From positions 37,946,001 to 38,010,000 of the forward strand of contig NC_087447.1 of assembly GCF_036321535.1 (NCBI RefSeq): a stretch of DNA of 64,000 bases, in the 5' to 3' direction. The DNA is from Camelus dromedarius. Taxonomy: Eukaryota. Positions 49,882 through 64,000 of this stretch are shown one piece after another. The notes beneath the pieces are model-generated. The model was not told the origin of the DNA. It was given only the letters and a program-made list of their open reading frames with translations, and did no database searches. A program made the translations under genes and the position numbers. The stretch's first letter is position 1. Every line of letters begins with the position of its first letter.

Positions 49882-52277
49882 ACACAGATCCATTCTCCTC
49901 AGCCTGGGGGACGTTCAGAGCTGCCCAACTGACTGGAGGACTTCAAATGGAAATTGATGCAACTGGGTTCCCCATGTGAGGAACTTAAAAGTCACCACTT
50001 TCTCCCAAAACAAGCCAAAAAGATGAAGAGAGTGGAAAAAACAACCCTTGCAGGATCCTTGAGAGAGATGAACACAAGCCAAAGCCTTGCCCTCAGGACT
50101 GGGGAGAAGGACAGTGAGGATGTCTTCCTGGAGCAGAGACCATCAGGGGGAAACCTCAGTGGGAACAAGTGCCTGGAGCCAGTGCTATGGTAGCAAAACC
50201 TGACCTGTAACTGAGGAACTGCTGGAGACACAGTGTGGGCAACTCCGAGAGTTAAAAACTCCAGGGGCACCCGCCTCCTACGGTTGTGTGAGTTTTAAGT
50301 CCAGGTGCTCAACTAGGTTCTCGGTACATAGAGAAGAAAAGTCCCCTAGTGGGATTAGCCTCCAGGGGCTACACTTGGTTCTCATAATAAATCACAGGGA
50401 AAAGTCCCCGTTTGCATCCAGAGGGGAGGGGGAAGGAACCACTGTGAAATACATCAAACACTTTGCTCTTCATAAGGAGATCTGTCCTCAGGAGACACCA
50501 GCTAACCAGAGCCTAGCCTGAAGGATTATCTTGGCCAGCTGACCGGGGGGAAAGGAAATACCCAACTACAGTCAGCTCTGTTCTTCTGACTGCCATTAAG
50601 AGCCTAGAACCAGGGGCAGAACTTCCGTAGATTTGGGGTTAGACAAGGAATGAGAAGGGCATTCACGGCAGAAGGAAGGAATGCATTATTGTGTGTGAGG
50701 GTTTCCCTGGCTTCTCATTCTTAGAAAATGAGAGGACCTAGGTGACATCCCTGCAGAGCTGAGTCAACTTGTGGCGATCTTCCCAACCTCACAGGGACCT
50801 TTTTTGTGGTAGGCACCAGGAGCGGTTCCTTTCAAGGTTGAGAGGCCATTCCTAGGGTGGCTTCCACTGCCAGGGAAAATGCTGACTGTGGTAAACCAGG
50901 GCCAGGTTGGTCACTCTGGGAGGTAGTTGGACGCAGCAGGTAGCATCAAGGAATTACTCTGGATGGGCTCCTCTTAGTTGGTTGAAGTTCTCCCTTTCTT
51001 CAGAGGCATCCAGAATGTCTCTCCTTCCCCTCAGGAAGAACAGTGTTGCATGGAGAGGAGGGATAGAAATAGGAACCCTCTCGCTAGAAAATTCCTTACA
51101 GAGACAGGTCCTTCATGGACACTGTCAGGGAGCCGTAATGCGCATTTGTGAGGATTTCCTCTATAACTGGAGTCACCTGGGATTGGAAAGATTATGCCTT
51201 TGGGTTCTTATACAACTGGATTTGTCCTTGAGCAGATAATAATCTCTCTGAGCCACATTTCCTCACCATGTAAAATGGGGAGTAAAGATATTTTATGTTA
51301 AACACCAGACATATTGCTTGGCATGAAGCAGATACTGAAGGGTGGTGCCTATTATTTCATGACAAAAGCTTACCCAACTACAGCCGCTCAACATGACAAA
51401 TTAAGTGGAATCAATGCACACTCTTCTGGCTTCTTAAGAGGACGTGAGTCGGTAAGTATTTAATTTTCACAATAAAACCAATTGCCAAAGCCACAACAGA
51501 AGGAATCTGCTTTCCCCAAACCTTTCAGATACATGCCTGGCTATGTTTCAGGCTCACTGCCCAGCAGGACTGGTGACAACTTATATTAAATACCTGGCAC
51601 ATTGCCTGACACAGAGCAGGTACTCCTACTTATATGCTCTTGGCTAGTATCATCATTATAACAAAAGTTTACCCCTACCCCGTCAAGTGCCAAATCATAT
51701 CTACTTGTATGGAAAACTAGTAAAACGCATTGTATGCTTTCTTAGGAAGACTAAACTGAATATAATTTAAATCCTTCACTGAGGGGCCATTCACGCTATC
51801 ATAAGGTGATTACTTAATGCATTGGTATGAAAACAGTGCTGTTCTCAGGGTTATAAGATGTATGAGCCAAATTGCCCCAAACTAGACAATATCATGCTGT
51901 CAGTTCTTTTTGATGACTAATATCTATTAATTTTATGGGCATTCTTTTTCATTTCTTCCCATCACCTTGTCAACTATCTCTTCTTGCTGGTGTCATTGTG
52001 ACTGAATTTAGCAACAATCTACCCACTTGCTTTTCATTTGGTATGCAGTAAAACAAACAACAGAAACCAAGCTTAGTATACTGGTGTGAGAACAAGGAGT
52101 CTATAGGTATTAAGTGGGACCCTGTAAATACTGGCCAGCCAATATAAAAAGGGTCTTTGTGGTCATCTGCTCAGGTAATCTGTACTCAAGACAACAGAAG
52201 CAAAGTTTGTCAGAATTATGCACAAGCACAGAGCAGATAGATCCTGAGTAAGCATTTAGGAGTGCTTTATGTCTTGT

Positions 52278-55200
52278 ACAACTCTTTTCATCTTGTGTAA
52301 CTGTAACTCTGTACCCATTAAACTCTAACTCCCCATTCCTGGAAACCACCATTCTACTTTTTCTGTCTCTATGACTTTGAATACTTTAAGTGTCTGGTAT
52401 AAGCAGAATCATAGAGTATTTGCCTTGCTTTACTGGCTTCTTTCACTTAACATAAGGTCCTCATAAGGTTCATCCCTGTTGGAGCATATGCCAGAATTTC
52501 CTTCCTTTTTAAGGCTGAATAATATTCCACTGTATGTCGATACATTTTGCTTGCCCATTCATCAATTGATGGACACTTGGGTAGCTTCCATGTTTTAGCT
52601 ATTTTGAATAATACTGCTATATACATGAGCATACCAATATCTCTTTGCGACTTTGTTTTCAATCCTGTTGGGGATATACCCAGAAGTAGAAATGCTGGAC
52701 CATATGCTAATTTTATTTTTAAGGTACTGTCCTACTGTTTTCCACAGTGGCTGTTCCTTTTTAGACTCAGGCTATGCATGTACAGCAGCTATACATTCGT
52801 TTACATTTACACTGTGCACCAAAAGTGTCTCCACGTTCTTGCCAATATTTGTTATTTTCTGGGGTTATTTATAGCAGCCATCCTAATAGGTGTTAGGTAG
52901 TATCTCATTGTACTTTTGATTTGCATTTCCCTAATGATTAGTGATGTTGTACACCTCTTCATGTGCTTTTTTGCCATTTCTTTATCTTCTTTGGAGAAAT
53001 GTCTATTTGAGTCCTTTGGCCATTATTGATGTTTCGTTTTTTGTTGTTGACTTTTAGAAATTCACCATATATTCTGGATATTATTTCCCTATCAGATATA
53101 TGATTTACAAGTATTTTCTCCCAATCAATTGATTTCCATTTCACTCTGTTGATAGCTTCTACTGATGACAATTTTTCTAAATTTTCATGGAATCAGAGTT
53201 GTCCATTTTTTCTTTTATTGCCAGTGTCTTTTGTGTCATATCCAAGAAATAATGGCCAAATCCAAACTCTCAAAGCTTTTGTATTATATTTTCTTTTAAG
53301 TGATATATTGCTTAGGTCTTAGATTTAGTCTTTGAACCATTTTGAGTTAATTTTTGTACATGGTGTTAATTAAAAGTCCAAATTCATTCTCTTGCATGTG
53401 GATATTCAGTTTTCCTAGCACTGTCTTTTTGGAGACTGCCCTTTCCCCACTGAAGGGTCTTCACCTCCGTGTCCAAAATCATTTGACCATATTTATATAA
53501 TGGCTTATTTCTGGGCCCTGCTATTCTAAATCATTTTTCTGTATGACTATCCTCATGCCACTATCACACTGTTCTGATCACTGTGGCTTTGTGGAGGGTT
53601 TTTAAGTGATATTTTAAAGATTTTCTTTTTTTGAGGTATGCTTGGCATATAACATTAGATTATTTTCTAGTGAACAAGATGATGATTTTGAAATTTGTAT
53701 ATATTGCAAAACTATCACTACATTAAGTCTAGTTAACATTCACCATAATACATTGTTAAAATTTTTTTCCTTGTGGGGATGGTATACCTCAGTGGTAAAG
53801 TGCATGCATACCATACATGAGGTCCTGGGTTCAATCCTCAGTACTTCCATGAAAATAAATAAGTAAATAACTAAACCTAATTACCTCCCCCCAAAACAAA
53901 AACAAACAAAGCAAAAAATAAATTTAAAAAATATTAAAAAAAATTTTTTTACTCTTAGCTACTTTCAAAAATATAATACAGTATTATTAACACAGTCACC
54001 ATGGTGTATATTAATCCTCATGACTTCTTTGTTTAATAAATGAAAATTTATACCTTTGACCCCCTTTACCAAATTTGCCCACCCTCCACCCCCTACTTAT
54101 AGCAACCACCAATTTGTTCTCTGTATCTGTGAGTTGTATGACTTATTTCCCTTAACATAATTCCCTCAAGATTTATCCATTGTGTCACAAATGACAAGAG
54201 TTCATTTTTTTAATGACTGAATATTTCAGTGTGTGTGTATGTGTATGTATGTGCATCACATTTTCTTTATCTATCAGTAGACACTTAGGTTCTCTCCATA
54301 TCTTGGCTATTGTAATAATGCTGCAATGAACAAAGGGGTGCATATATCTTTTCAAGTTAGTGTTTTTGTTTTCTTTGGACAAATATCCAGAAGTGGAATT
54401 GCTCGATAATATTGTAGTTCCAGCTTCAATTTTTTGAGGAATGTTCATGTTGTTTTCCATAGTGTCTGTACCAATTTACATTCCCAATGTATTAATTACA
54501 GTGCACAAGTTCCCTTTTCTCCATATCTTTTTGAACACTTGTTATCTCTTGCCTTCTTGTAATAAGCATTCTAACAGGTGTGAGGTGATAATCCCATTGT
54601 GGTTCTGATTTGCATTCCCTGATTAGGGATATTTAGCACCTTTTTGTGTACTTGTTGGCCATCTGTATGTCTTCTCTGGAAAAATGTCTAGTCAGATCTC
54701 TGCCCATTTAATCAAAATGTTCTCTTTTTATTTTGCTACTGAATTAAATAAATTTTTATGTATTTTGGATACTAACCCCTTATCAGATATATGATTTGCA
54801 ATTATTTTCTTCCATTCGGTAGGTTGCCTTTTCATTTTGTTGATGGTTTCTTTGCTGTGCAGAAACTTTTTAATTTGATGTAGACTCATTTGTTTATTTT
54901 TGCTTTTGTTTCCCTTGTCTGAGGAGACATATATAGGAAGATATTGCTAAGAACAATGTCAAGGAATTTACTGTGTATGTTTTCTTGTGGGAGTTTTATG
55001 GTTTCAGGTGGGCATTCTCATCTTATTTCAGATCTTAGAGGAAAAGCTTTCAGTTTTCCATTATTGACCACAGTGTTGCTGTTGGTTTTTCATACGTAAC
55101 TTTTATTATGTTGTGGTAGTTTTCATCTATTCCTAGTTTGTTGAGAGTTTTTATCATGAAATAGTGTTGAATTGCCAGATATATTTTCGGTATCAGTGAA

Positions 55201-58090
55201 AATAATCGTGTGTTTTCTTTCCCTTCATTCTGTTATTGTGGTGTAACACAATCAGTTTTCATATTTTGAGTCATCCCTGCATTTCAAGAATAAACCCATT
55301 TGGTTATGCTGTATAATCCTTTTAATATGCTGATGAATTCAGTTCTCTAGTATTTTGTTAAGGGTTTCTACATCCATATTCACAAGAAATATTAGTCTGT
55401 AGTTTTGGGGGGTTTTTTTGGTTTTTTTTAACTTGCAGTACCATTCTCAGGCTTTGGCGTCAGGTAATGTGGCCTCATAGAATAGGTTAGGATGTGGTCC
55501 TTTCTTTTCAATTTTTTGGAAAATTTTGAGAAGTGGTATTGGTTTTCTTTGAATGTTTAGTAGCATTCACCAGTGAAGCCATCAGATCAAGAGGTTTTCT
55601 TAACTGGCAGATTTGTAATTACTGATTCAGTCTTCTTACTAGTTAGGGGAATATTTGGATTTTCTATTTCTTCATAGTTTAGTTTTGGCAGGTTTTGTGT
55701 TTCTAGTAATTTGTCCATTTTGTCTCAGTTATCCAATTTGTTGGTGTACAATTTTTTTTATAGTACTCTCTTATTCTTTTTATTTCTATAGAATTGGTGT
55801 TAATGTCCCTGCTATCATTTCTGATTTAGTTATTTGAGTCTTCTCTTTCTTTCTTAATCCATCTAGTTAAACCTTGTCAATTTTGCTGAAATTTTGAAGA
55901 ACCAGTTATGGAGTCATTGATTTTCTCTATTGTTTTTCTAACCTCTATTTCATTTATCTTTGCTGTAATCTTTTTTGTGTATGTGTGTGTGTTTTTATAT
56001 TTTTATTATTTTTTAAACATTTTTATTGAGTTATAGTCATTTTACAATGTTGTGTCAAATTCCAGTGTAGAGCACAATTTTTCAGTTATACATGAACATA
56101 CATACATTCATTGTCACATTCTCTTTCACTGTGAGCCACCACAAGATCCTGTATATATTTCCCTGCTCTATACAGTACAATCTTGTTTATCTATTCTACA
56201 TTTTGAAATCCCAGTCCCTTCCCACCCCCTGCCCCCCTGGCAACCACAAGTTTGTATTCTATGTCTATGAGTCTGTTTCTGTTTTGTATTTATGTTTTTT
56301 GTTTTTGGGGGTTTTTTTTAGATTCCGCATATGAGCGATCTCATATGGTATTTTTCTTTCTCTTTCTGTCTTACTTCACTTAGAATGACATTCTCCAGTA
56401 ACATCCATGTTGCTGCAAATGGCGTTATGTTGTCAGTTTTTATAGCTGAATAGTATTCTCTTTGCTGTAATCTTTATTACTTCCTTCCTTCTGATAGCTT
56501 TGGGTTTAATTTGTTCACCTTTTTCTAGTTTCTTAAGTTATAAAGTTAGGATATTGATTTGAGATGTTTCATGATTTTTAATGTAAGCATTTAAGGCTAT
56601 AAAATTTCCCCTTAGCACTGCTGTCACAGCATCCCATAAGTTTGGTGTGTTGTATGTTCATTTTCATTCGTCTGTAAGTATTTTCTAATTTCTTTTATGA
56701 TACCTTCTTTGATCCATTGTTTGTTCCAAAGTGTGGTTTCATTTCCATAGGTTTGTGTTTTGTTTTGTTTTTTTTTTCTGTTACTGATTTCTAACTTTAT
56801 CCTGTCTCATTTGGGGAATATAGTTTTTATGATACCTATCTTTTTAGTGTATTGAGACTTAACTGGTGGCCTAACTTATGGTCGACCCTAGAAAATGTCC
56901 ATGTGCACTGGAGAAGAATTTTATGCTATTGCTTTTAGGTAGACCAGTCTATAGATCTAGTTGGTTTATTGTGTTAAGTATTCTATTTCCTTCCCTATCT
57001 TCTGTCTAGTGGCTCTATCCATTATTGGATGGGGTATTGAAGTCTTCATCTATATTATGGTAGAACTCTCTATTTCTACCATCCATTCTGTCAGCTTTTT
57101 CTTCATATAGCTTGCTGACCTGTTAGTACACACGTAAATGTTTATAATTATTATATCTTCTCACTGTATTGAGCTTCTTATTACTATATAATGTCTTTCT
57201 TTGTGTTATAAATTATTTTTATTTAAAATTGGTTTTGTCTGCTATTAGTATATCCACCTTTGCTCTCCTTTGGTTACTATTTTCATGGAATATCTTTTCG
57301 TATTCTTTTACTTTTAATACATTTGTGTCTTTGAATCTGAAGGGAGTCTTTTGTGACTTGCACATGGGTTAACCATGTGTTTGTATCCATTCTGCTAATT
57401 TTGTCTTTTGATTGAAGAGTTTAATCCATTTATATTTAAAATAATTACTGATAAGAAAAGACTTCTTTCATTTTGCTATTTGTTGTCATTATGCCTTACA
57501 GCTTTTCTGCCTCTCATTTCCTGCATTACTGCCTTCTTTTGTGTTAATTTCAGTTTTTTGTAATACATGTTTAAATACCTTTCTCATTTTCCTTTTTTAA
57601 ATTCTATAGCTATTTTTCTTTGTGTCTGCCATGGGGATTACATTTAATTCCTAAAGTTATATACTCTAATTTGAATCTATACCTGCTAAACTTCAATAAC
57701 ATACATAAACTCTGCTCCTTTGTATCTCTGTCCCCACCCCATCAATTGTTGATGTCACAAAATTACATCCTTATACATTTTGTACCGCAAGACAGTAGTT
57801 TCTGTGCTGAGGATCAACCGGAGGTGTAAACTTGAGGTCGTCTTAGGTCTATCTTCTGAATTTTTGCCTGTGCATGTATGGTCGCTTTCTAATTTCCCCT
57901 TTATATGAAGTTGTTTTTGAATATTCTTGTCCTTATCTGTTTTCCCATGGGAAACGTGAAAAATAAAGGGGGGAGAAAATGAGTGCTGGCCCTTTAAATC
58001 CCTTGGCAGTCACTCTGGCAGAGGAAAAGGACTTGCAACAATGAGGGGAGGTGCAAAAACAGTGGCCCTCAGAGCCACCTCTTTGCCTCA
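52278..58090 (-). mobile_element. Nested antisense L1 complex (old L1 with internal younger L1s at ~53625-55010 and 55974-56458)
   Basis: ORF2 C-terminal motifs (IAKTWKLPKCPSIDEW); 17-bp TSD tctttgctgtaatcttt at 55957-55973 and 56459-56475. Confidence 0.9.
53773..53935 (+). mobile_element. tRNA-derived SINE (camelid Vic-1-like), inserted in an L1
   Basis: ggtatacctcagtggtaaagtgc...gaggtcctgggttcaatcctcag, aaacctaattacctccccc, A-rich tail. Confidence 0.85.
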
Positions 58091-59904
58091 TTCCTGCATA
58101 AGGAATTTTATTCTGTCACATGGCTTCATCCATTCTTCATAAAGCGTGCTTTTTCATATGTGGCAGTCCCCATTCAGTTTTAGAAATATAAGCTACTTAT
58201 TTTTACAGAAAGGCATTTCACACAAGGAACTAGATGTTAGCCAAAGGAATGAATGTGTAATAATGGAATGTCATGAGTGAGAGAAACTCTTCTTTCTCTC
58301 AGTGCTGGAAGGGCACTTCAGACCTTAACACATAAATTATTTCTACCAATTTTACCTCTGGCTTACTGGTGCCTAAGTTGTTATGATTATCCAATAGAAG
58401 GCAAAGCCGTCAATGTTCCATTTCTTACTACCCAGGAATGCAGTGCATTCTCATGTATAATATTATCACTGAGATTAAGAATTGGGTTGTCCTATTTCAG
58501 GCACTCACTATCCTCCACTGTGATAAAACACACATGAATACCCATAATGGAATGTGCAAAGGGGGAAATTCTGTGCTGGTTGCATTACTCTGGTTGCACA
58601 GGGAGAGCACTGTGGACTGAGCTTGTAGGACTCAAGCCAAGAACTGGCAGTAGCCCATGAGACATCCTCACTTAACACAACACATCCCCACCCCGCCCCT
58701 GTGATGGGTCTGCCAGCATGATTTTTAAATTTCTTGGTGTAAGAGACTCTTAAGATTTTTGTTATTGAATATATATTTTAATTCATTTTCCTTTTTTTTT
58801 TTTAAGTTATCTTTATTTTACTAGAATATGCATTGGAGTCAGTCATTCTGGGTTGATTTCAGGGTATTTAGTATATTCTTTCAATATGTGATTTCAAGTT
58901 GGCTTTTATTTCAGTATGGTTTTCTTCAATGATTATTTTTTAGTATTTGTTCTGGTTTTTTTTTTTTTCAGTTGCTTTGGTTTTCTTCTTCAGGAATTTA
59001 CACACACACATATACACTTTGTGGATATATTATATCACTTTCTCTTAAATTCTTTTTCATTTCTTTCATGTTTTTAAGTTAAGATTTTCCTCTCTTTCAT
59101 TGTATGTTTCTCTTTATGATATTTATTAACTAATGCATTTCTTCTACTTCAGTCTCCATTTCTAAAATATTACTTCTTTTATTGCTAACTTCCTTTGGTT
59201 TTATAAGCTGCATTTTCAAATATTCTTGTTTTCTTTTTTCCAATAATATGATTTCTGAGTTATTTTGATTCTGATTTAAGTTGTTCTTTTATATCTTTTA
59301 TGATTCTATTAATTTCTTTTATCTTTTATCTTGTTTGTTCAGAATAGGAGAATATAGTTTTTATTTCATGGCATGTTCTGGCTTTTTTTCATTATTTGAA
59401 AGAATGTTATTCTGATCCTAGTTTTCCTATTTTTCTGATACTAATTTTTAATGAGTTTGACTTCTCTTGTATTGCTTGTATTTCAGCGAGATGAGTTTGC
59501 ATGTACTAGAAGGGAGGATGGTCAGTGTAGATTTCCTAGCTTCAGGATTCTGGAGCTCCCTCTTCTGTCATTTATTTGAATTGTGAAAAAATACTGTGCT
59601 TTGTGAGATAGGCTGTCACCTTTCCCTTTCTTTCCTTTGTCCCTGTTGTTCCTGTTTAACTTGGGGGCTGTCCTAGAAGTGAGACCTGAGCCCGGAATCG
59701 AGTTCACCCCAGCATTATCTGATTTAACGAGGTCCCCTGTCCCTCACCTACAAAGGAGCCTCGCAGTTTGGACTGCTGTCCTCTGGGAGATATATCTGCA
59801 GTGCAGAAAAGACAAAGCACTTCTAGTAATATCCAAATCATATGTAATCAATAAGGAAAAGAAAACTACCCAGTAAAATAATGTGCAAAAGTTAAAAATG
59901 GGCA

Positions 59905-60330
59905 GCCTACATTTGCAGCAACATGGATAGATCTGGAGATCAACATTCTAAGTGAAGTAAGCCAGAAAGAGAAAGAAAAATACAGTATGATATCACTCAT
60001 ATGTGGAATCTAAAAAAAAAAAAAGACACATGTGAACTTTTTACAAAACAGAAACAGATTCAGACATAGAAAACAAACTTATGGTTACTGGGGGAAAGGG
60101 GTTGGGAAGGAACAAATTGGAAGTTCAACATTTGCTGATGCTAACTACTGTATGTAGGATAGATAAACAAGTTTATACTGTATAGCACAGGGAACTATAT
60201 TCAATATCTTGTAGTAATCTCTAGTGAAAAAGAATATGGAAAGGAATATATGTATGTATATGTATGACTGAAATATTATGCTGTACACCAGAAATTGACC
60301 CACCATTGTAAACTGACTATACCTCAAAAA
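59905..60330 (+). mobile_element. L1 3'-end (camelid-style 3'UTR)
   Basis: gcagcaacatggatagatctggag ... tgctgtacaccagaaattgac...gtaaactgactatacctcaaaaa. Confidence 0.85.
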
Positions 60331-60857
60331 GGGGGAGGGGGGATTTTTTAAAGCAGGCAATCTATAGAGGAAGAAACCTGGATGTCAAATAAACATATGA
60401 AAAGGTGCTTCATCTCACCAGAAATTGAAAATGCTAATTAAAACATAAAAATAGAGGATCATCTCCTTCAGTATTGAGGACATTATAATAAGCTAATATA
60501 ATAATTACCAAAAATTTAAAAAAGAATCAAATCTCAGCTTCTGTTAAAGAACAACCATCACCTCATAGGTCCTCTGACAAAGATAGTCAGAAAAAAAAGA
60601 AATCGGATAAAAAGAGAAAATTACATCTCTTGTGCTCTCTCTCTCTGGTCTCTGGACCTTTGCTTATACTTCCCACATACTGGAATATTCTCTATCCACC
60701 TCTTTATGTAGCTAATTCCTACTCATCTCTCAGGTCTTACCTTAATTTTCATCAGTGTCAAGAAAACATCTGACTCCCCATAGACTGAGATAGATGCCCC
60801 TGCTGTCTGTCCTTGGCATTTTATACTTTCTCTACCATAGCGTTTTTCAAACATTGC

Positions 60858-61333
60858 TGTGATGGTCAGTTTTATGGGTCACCTTGGCTAGGTTATAGTG
60901 CTAAGTTATTGAATAAGACCCTAATTGAGATGTTGCTGTCAAGGCAGTTTATAGATCTGGTTAGCACCTACAATTAGTTGACTTTATGTTGAGGAGATTA
61001 TCTTCCATAATCAGCACAGACCTCTTCCAAGTAGTTGAAAGGCCTTAAGAGCAGAACCCAAGTTACCCTGAGTAATAAGAAATTCCACCTGTGAACTGCA
61101 GTGTCACTTTCTGCTTGAGAATGTCCGGCCTTCCTTTCTTGACTGCCTGCCTGCCTGCCCTAGGAGTTTTGGAGTTGACTAGCCACCCTCACAATTGTAT
61201 AAGCCAATTCCTTGCAATAAATCTCTCAACCCACCCACCCCCATATATTCTATATACAAACATATAAACATATTCATATATATATGAATATCTCCTGCTG
61301 GTTTTATTTCTCTGGTGGAACACTACCTGGTAC
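60858..61333 (+). mobile_element. MLT2 (ERVL) solo LTR
   Basis: TG...CA ends (tgtgatggtcagttttatg ... tctctggtggaacactacctggtaca), internal aataaatctct. Confidence 0.8.
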
Positions 61334-63257
61334 AACTACTATATCAAATTATATAATTATATGTTTTCTTTCACATCAGATTATAGTACCATTAAAACAG
61401 GAATGGTGTCTGTCTTACTTACCTTTGTGTTTCTAGTGCCTAGAATATAGTATATTCTCAAAATATTATTGAATGATTGAATGAATTTCCTATTAAGATT
61501 AAAGAGTATATGAGGCCCAATATAAAAATCCTCAGTCCAGCTATAGGGAACCCTCCTTAGTACAGTATAGGATTAAAGAAGGAAGAGGCTAAAAGACTTC
61601 TAGATGCTTTGGGGAAATTCTGTCAAATGCCAATAGTAACAGTTCGGTCTTTGGAGAAATTCTTCTGATAAGTCACTGGAGTATTTATCCAGTTTTCAAA
61701 GTTGTACCAAAGATTGAGAGAAATAAAGCTGTTTCTAGGAGGCAGTGATTTATGTACCAAAAAGGAAGTTTCAAACAAACACTACTGGTATAGTTCGATG
61801 GCAATACATTTTGATATTTAAAGGAAATGTAAATATTGATATATCTAGTAGCCCATAATCACATACTCTAGGAGTCTTATTCCATTTTTAAATCCAATGA
61901 AACAAGAAAACAGAGTTTCATCTGATTCAGCACAAGAGATGCTACAAAAACCTAATAGGACAACAGCAGAAGAATGAGTCAGAATGTTGGCCTTTATTAA
62001 AGAACAGATATTACCTTGTAGATATTTTTTTAAGCCAGAAAAAAAAAATCTGATGGCAAGAGAGAATGATATCAAAACTTTTAAAGGGTGCTAAATATTG
62101 AAGTTTTAAAAAAGAAAAATTCCTGAACTGTGCCATAAACGTGTGTTTCACCTCGCCCCCACCCCAAAAAAGACTGAAGGCTTATTACATCAGTATCATC
62201 TGAGTATTGATAAAAATATTGTTTATCTTTATCACTCTATGCCAATTGAATCTGAATCTGCAGAAGTCAGTTCTGAGTACTGAATAGTTGCTAAGCTTCC
62301 CAGGTGATTCTGATGCACAGCCAGTTTGGGGAACTAGCTCTAAACTGTCAAAGTCTTCACAATATATCCTTTTCCTTCATCTCACTAGTCAAGGTCAGCT
62401 GCCTATGAGAAGCTTTCTATGATTCTTTTACTTACTAGCAAAGTGTCTGTGCTTCCTTTTATCCACTAATTTCTTATCTTAATATGGCATTTAATCAGAG
62501 TGTGTTATCTTGTAGAACCATGAAATTGAGCTAGGAGAAGAATGGAGAAGAAGCAACAAAATATTTTAGTTCTCTCCACATTGGATATTTAGATTCCACT
62601 TACTTACATTCAGTCAAGTATTCTCTCAGAACAACACACATATTAATATTCAAATGCAAATCTGTATGTAACCCACATTCCTGGCATGAAAGATCCTAGG
62701 ATACAGTTTTCAGGGAGGGTACCACAGCTCACTTAGATTGATTGACTAAGTATTTTCCTACTGATATGCCTGACATGTAATTCTTGACCCAAAGTTTTAG
62801 ACGGAGTTGAATTAATACTGAGAACCTAGGCTTAGAGCAAAGATCTAGGTTCAAATCCCAGCTGTACCACTCATGTGATTTTAGAGAAGTTGCATGACCT
62901 TTCTACTTCTAGATTTCCTCATCGTAAAGTGAAAATACAATATCTCATATGGAATAATAACAAGAAGAATAACTAATAATAATTGGATGCTATGCTAAAT
63001 GGAAGATGAAGGGCAAAAGTAAATGAATAGTTTCTCATCCATTAAAGAAATGTTGGTGATCATACAACTACAACAGCTTCTAATCACAAAAGGACAACCA
63101 TGAGTATTATATCTCCAAACTTATGGTTCTAGTTAAAAAAAAAAAAATTCATAATCAGATCAAAGGAAAAACATTAAGATCTGGATATCATCAATTCAAA
63201 AATCAGTAATACCATTATATTATAAACTACTGACCTGAAGTTGAAGAAGATACCTTC

Positions 63258-63815
63258 TGCAGCAGGTTATATTTTCCAGCAGTGGTTGCAATAACATTTC
63301 CCATCCGAAATTTTTTGTTTTTTAGAATCTTACCATATTTCCATCAAGAGATGGCATTTATGTCCCTCCTCTTAAACTGGATGGACCTTTGTGACTTGCT
63401 CAATAAACATGGAGTACAGCAGATGCGACACTATGAGACTTCAGAGACTGGGTTGTAAAAGGCAGCACTGCTTCTGCCTACCCCTAATTCTTGGATTCTT
63501 GCCCTTGGAATCCAACTATTAAGCCACAAGAAAGCCCAGGAGACATGGAGCGACTCATGCAGAGTAAAGCCAAGGGCTCCTAGTGTGCAGCCCCAGCTGA
63601 GCTCCCAACCAGCAGCCAACACCAACCAGCTGAGTGAGCCATCATGGAAATGGGTCTTCTAGCCCTCAGTCAAGCCACCTGATGCTGCACAGAGTAGACA
63701 CAAGCCTTCCCTGCCCAGCCCTGAATAAGTTACAGATTTCTAACCCAAATAATTGAATGTTTTTGTTTAAAGCCACTAAGTTTTGGAATAGTTTGTTATG
63801 TAGCAATAGATTACT
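63258..63815 (+). mobile_element. MaLR solo LTR (MLT1-type)
   Basis: Ends in tttaaagccactaagttttgg..tttgttatgtagcaatagat; its 5' end is shared with ~16511-16595. Confidence 0.75.
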
Positions 63816-64000
63816 CGAAAATTGCCTAATTCAATAAAATATGTTATATCAACACCAAGTCAACCTTTCTTAAATTAACTTGTGTTGTTAGAATGGAGTA
63901 TTTGGACACCTACTTAAATTAAGAATGTTATTCAAGATAGTGTTAGGACTCCTGCTTGGAATTTATAAAATGGATATATTTACTTAAGTTTGGAAAAAAT

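Larger units (their letters stand above)
44730..63345 (+). repeat. Segmental duplication unit B (paralogous to ~400-16590)
   Basis: Same blocks as unit A, same orientation. Confidence 0.9.

Noticed and set aside
61269..61291. Palindrome atattcatatatatatgaatat; also ttaataagg..ccttattaa at ~6902-6923
   Set aside because: Low-complexity AT sequence inside LTR and L1 remnants.
1..64000. Calcitonin-coding exon, CRISPR arrays, rRNA or prokaryotic systems
   Set aside because: None seen; the DNA is mammalian and I found no CxNLSTC-type exon by eye.

Overview
Mammalian genomic DNA, very probably camelid (alpaca or camel), judging from tRNA-derived SINEs of the camelid type and lineage-style L1 3' ends. 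The window covers part of the calcitonin/CGRP (CALC) gene cluster and holds two tandem, same-orientation (minus-strand) paralogues about 44.3 kb apart. The right copy (~43.15-46.1 kb) is a complete five-exon calcitonin receptor-stimulating peptide-1 (CRSP-1)-type gene that the ORF track misses because it is spliced. Its 126-aa precursor is [126 protein letters not shown]. It has no calcitonin exon. The left copy (promoter, exon 1 and signal-peptide exon; 0.5-1.8 kb) is a second CRSP-like gene whose intron 2 switches to unrelated AT-rich sequence and runs off the window. The two genes sit in an old segmental duplication: about 0.4-16.6 kb matches about 44.7-63.35 kb, interrupted by copy-specific L1/SINE insertions and deletions. 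The promoters are ~99% identical over ~650 bp while the distal flanks are far more diverged, which points to gene conversion. The CGRP neuroendocrine HLH/octamer enhancer is retained in one copy and degenerate in the other. The rest is mostly L1, L2, MIR, MaLR/ERVL LTR and DNA-transposon debris. Repeat subfamily names and boundaries were judged by eye and are approximate.
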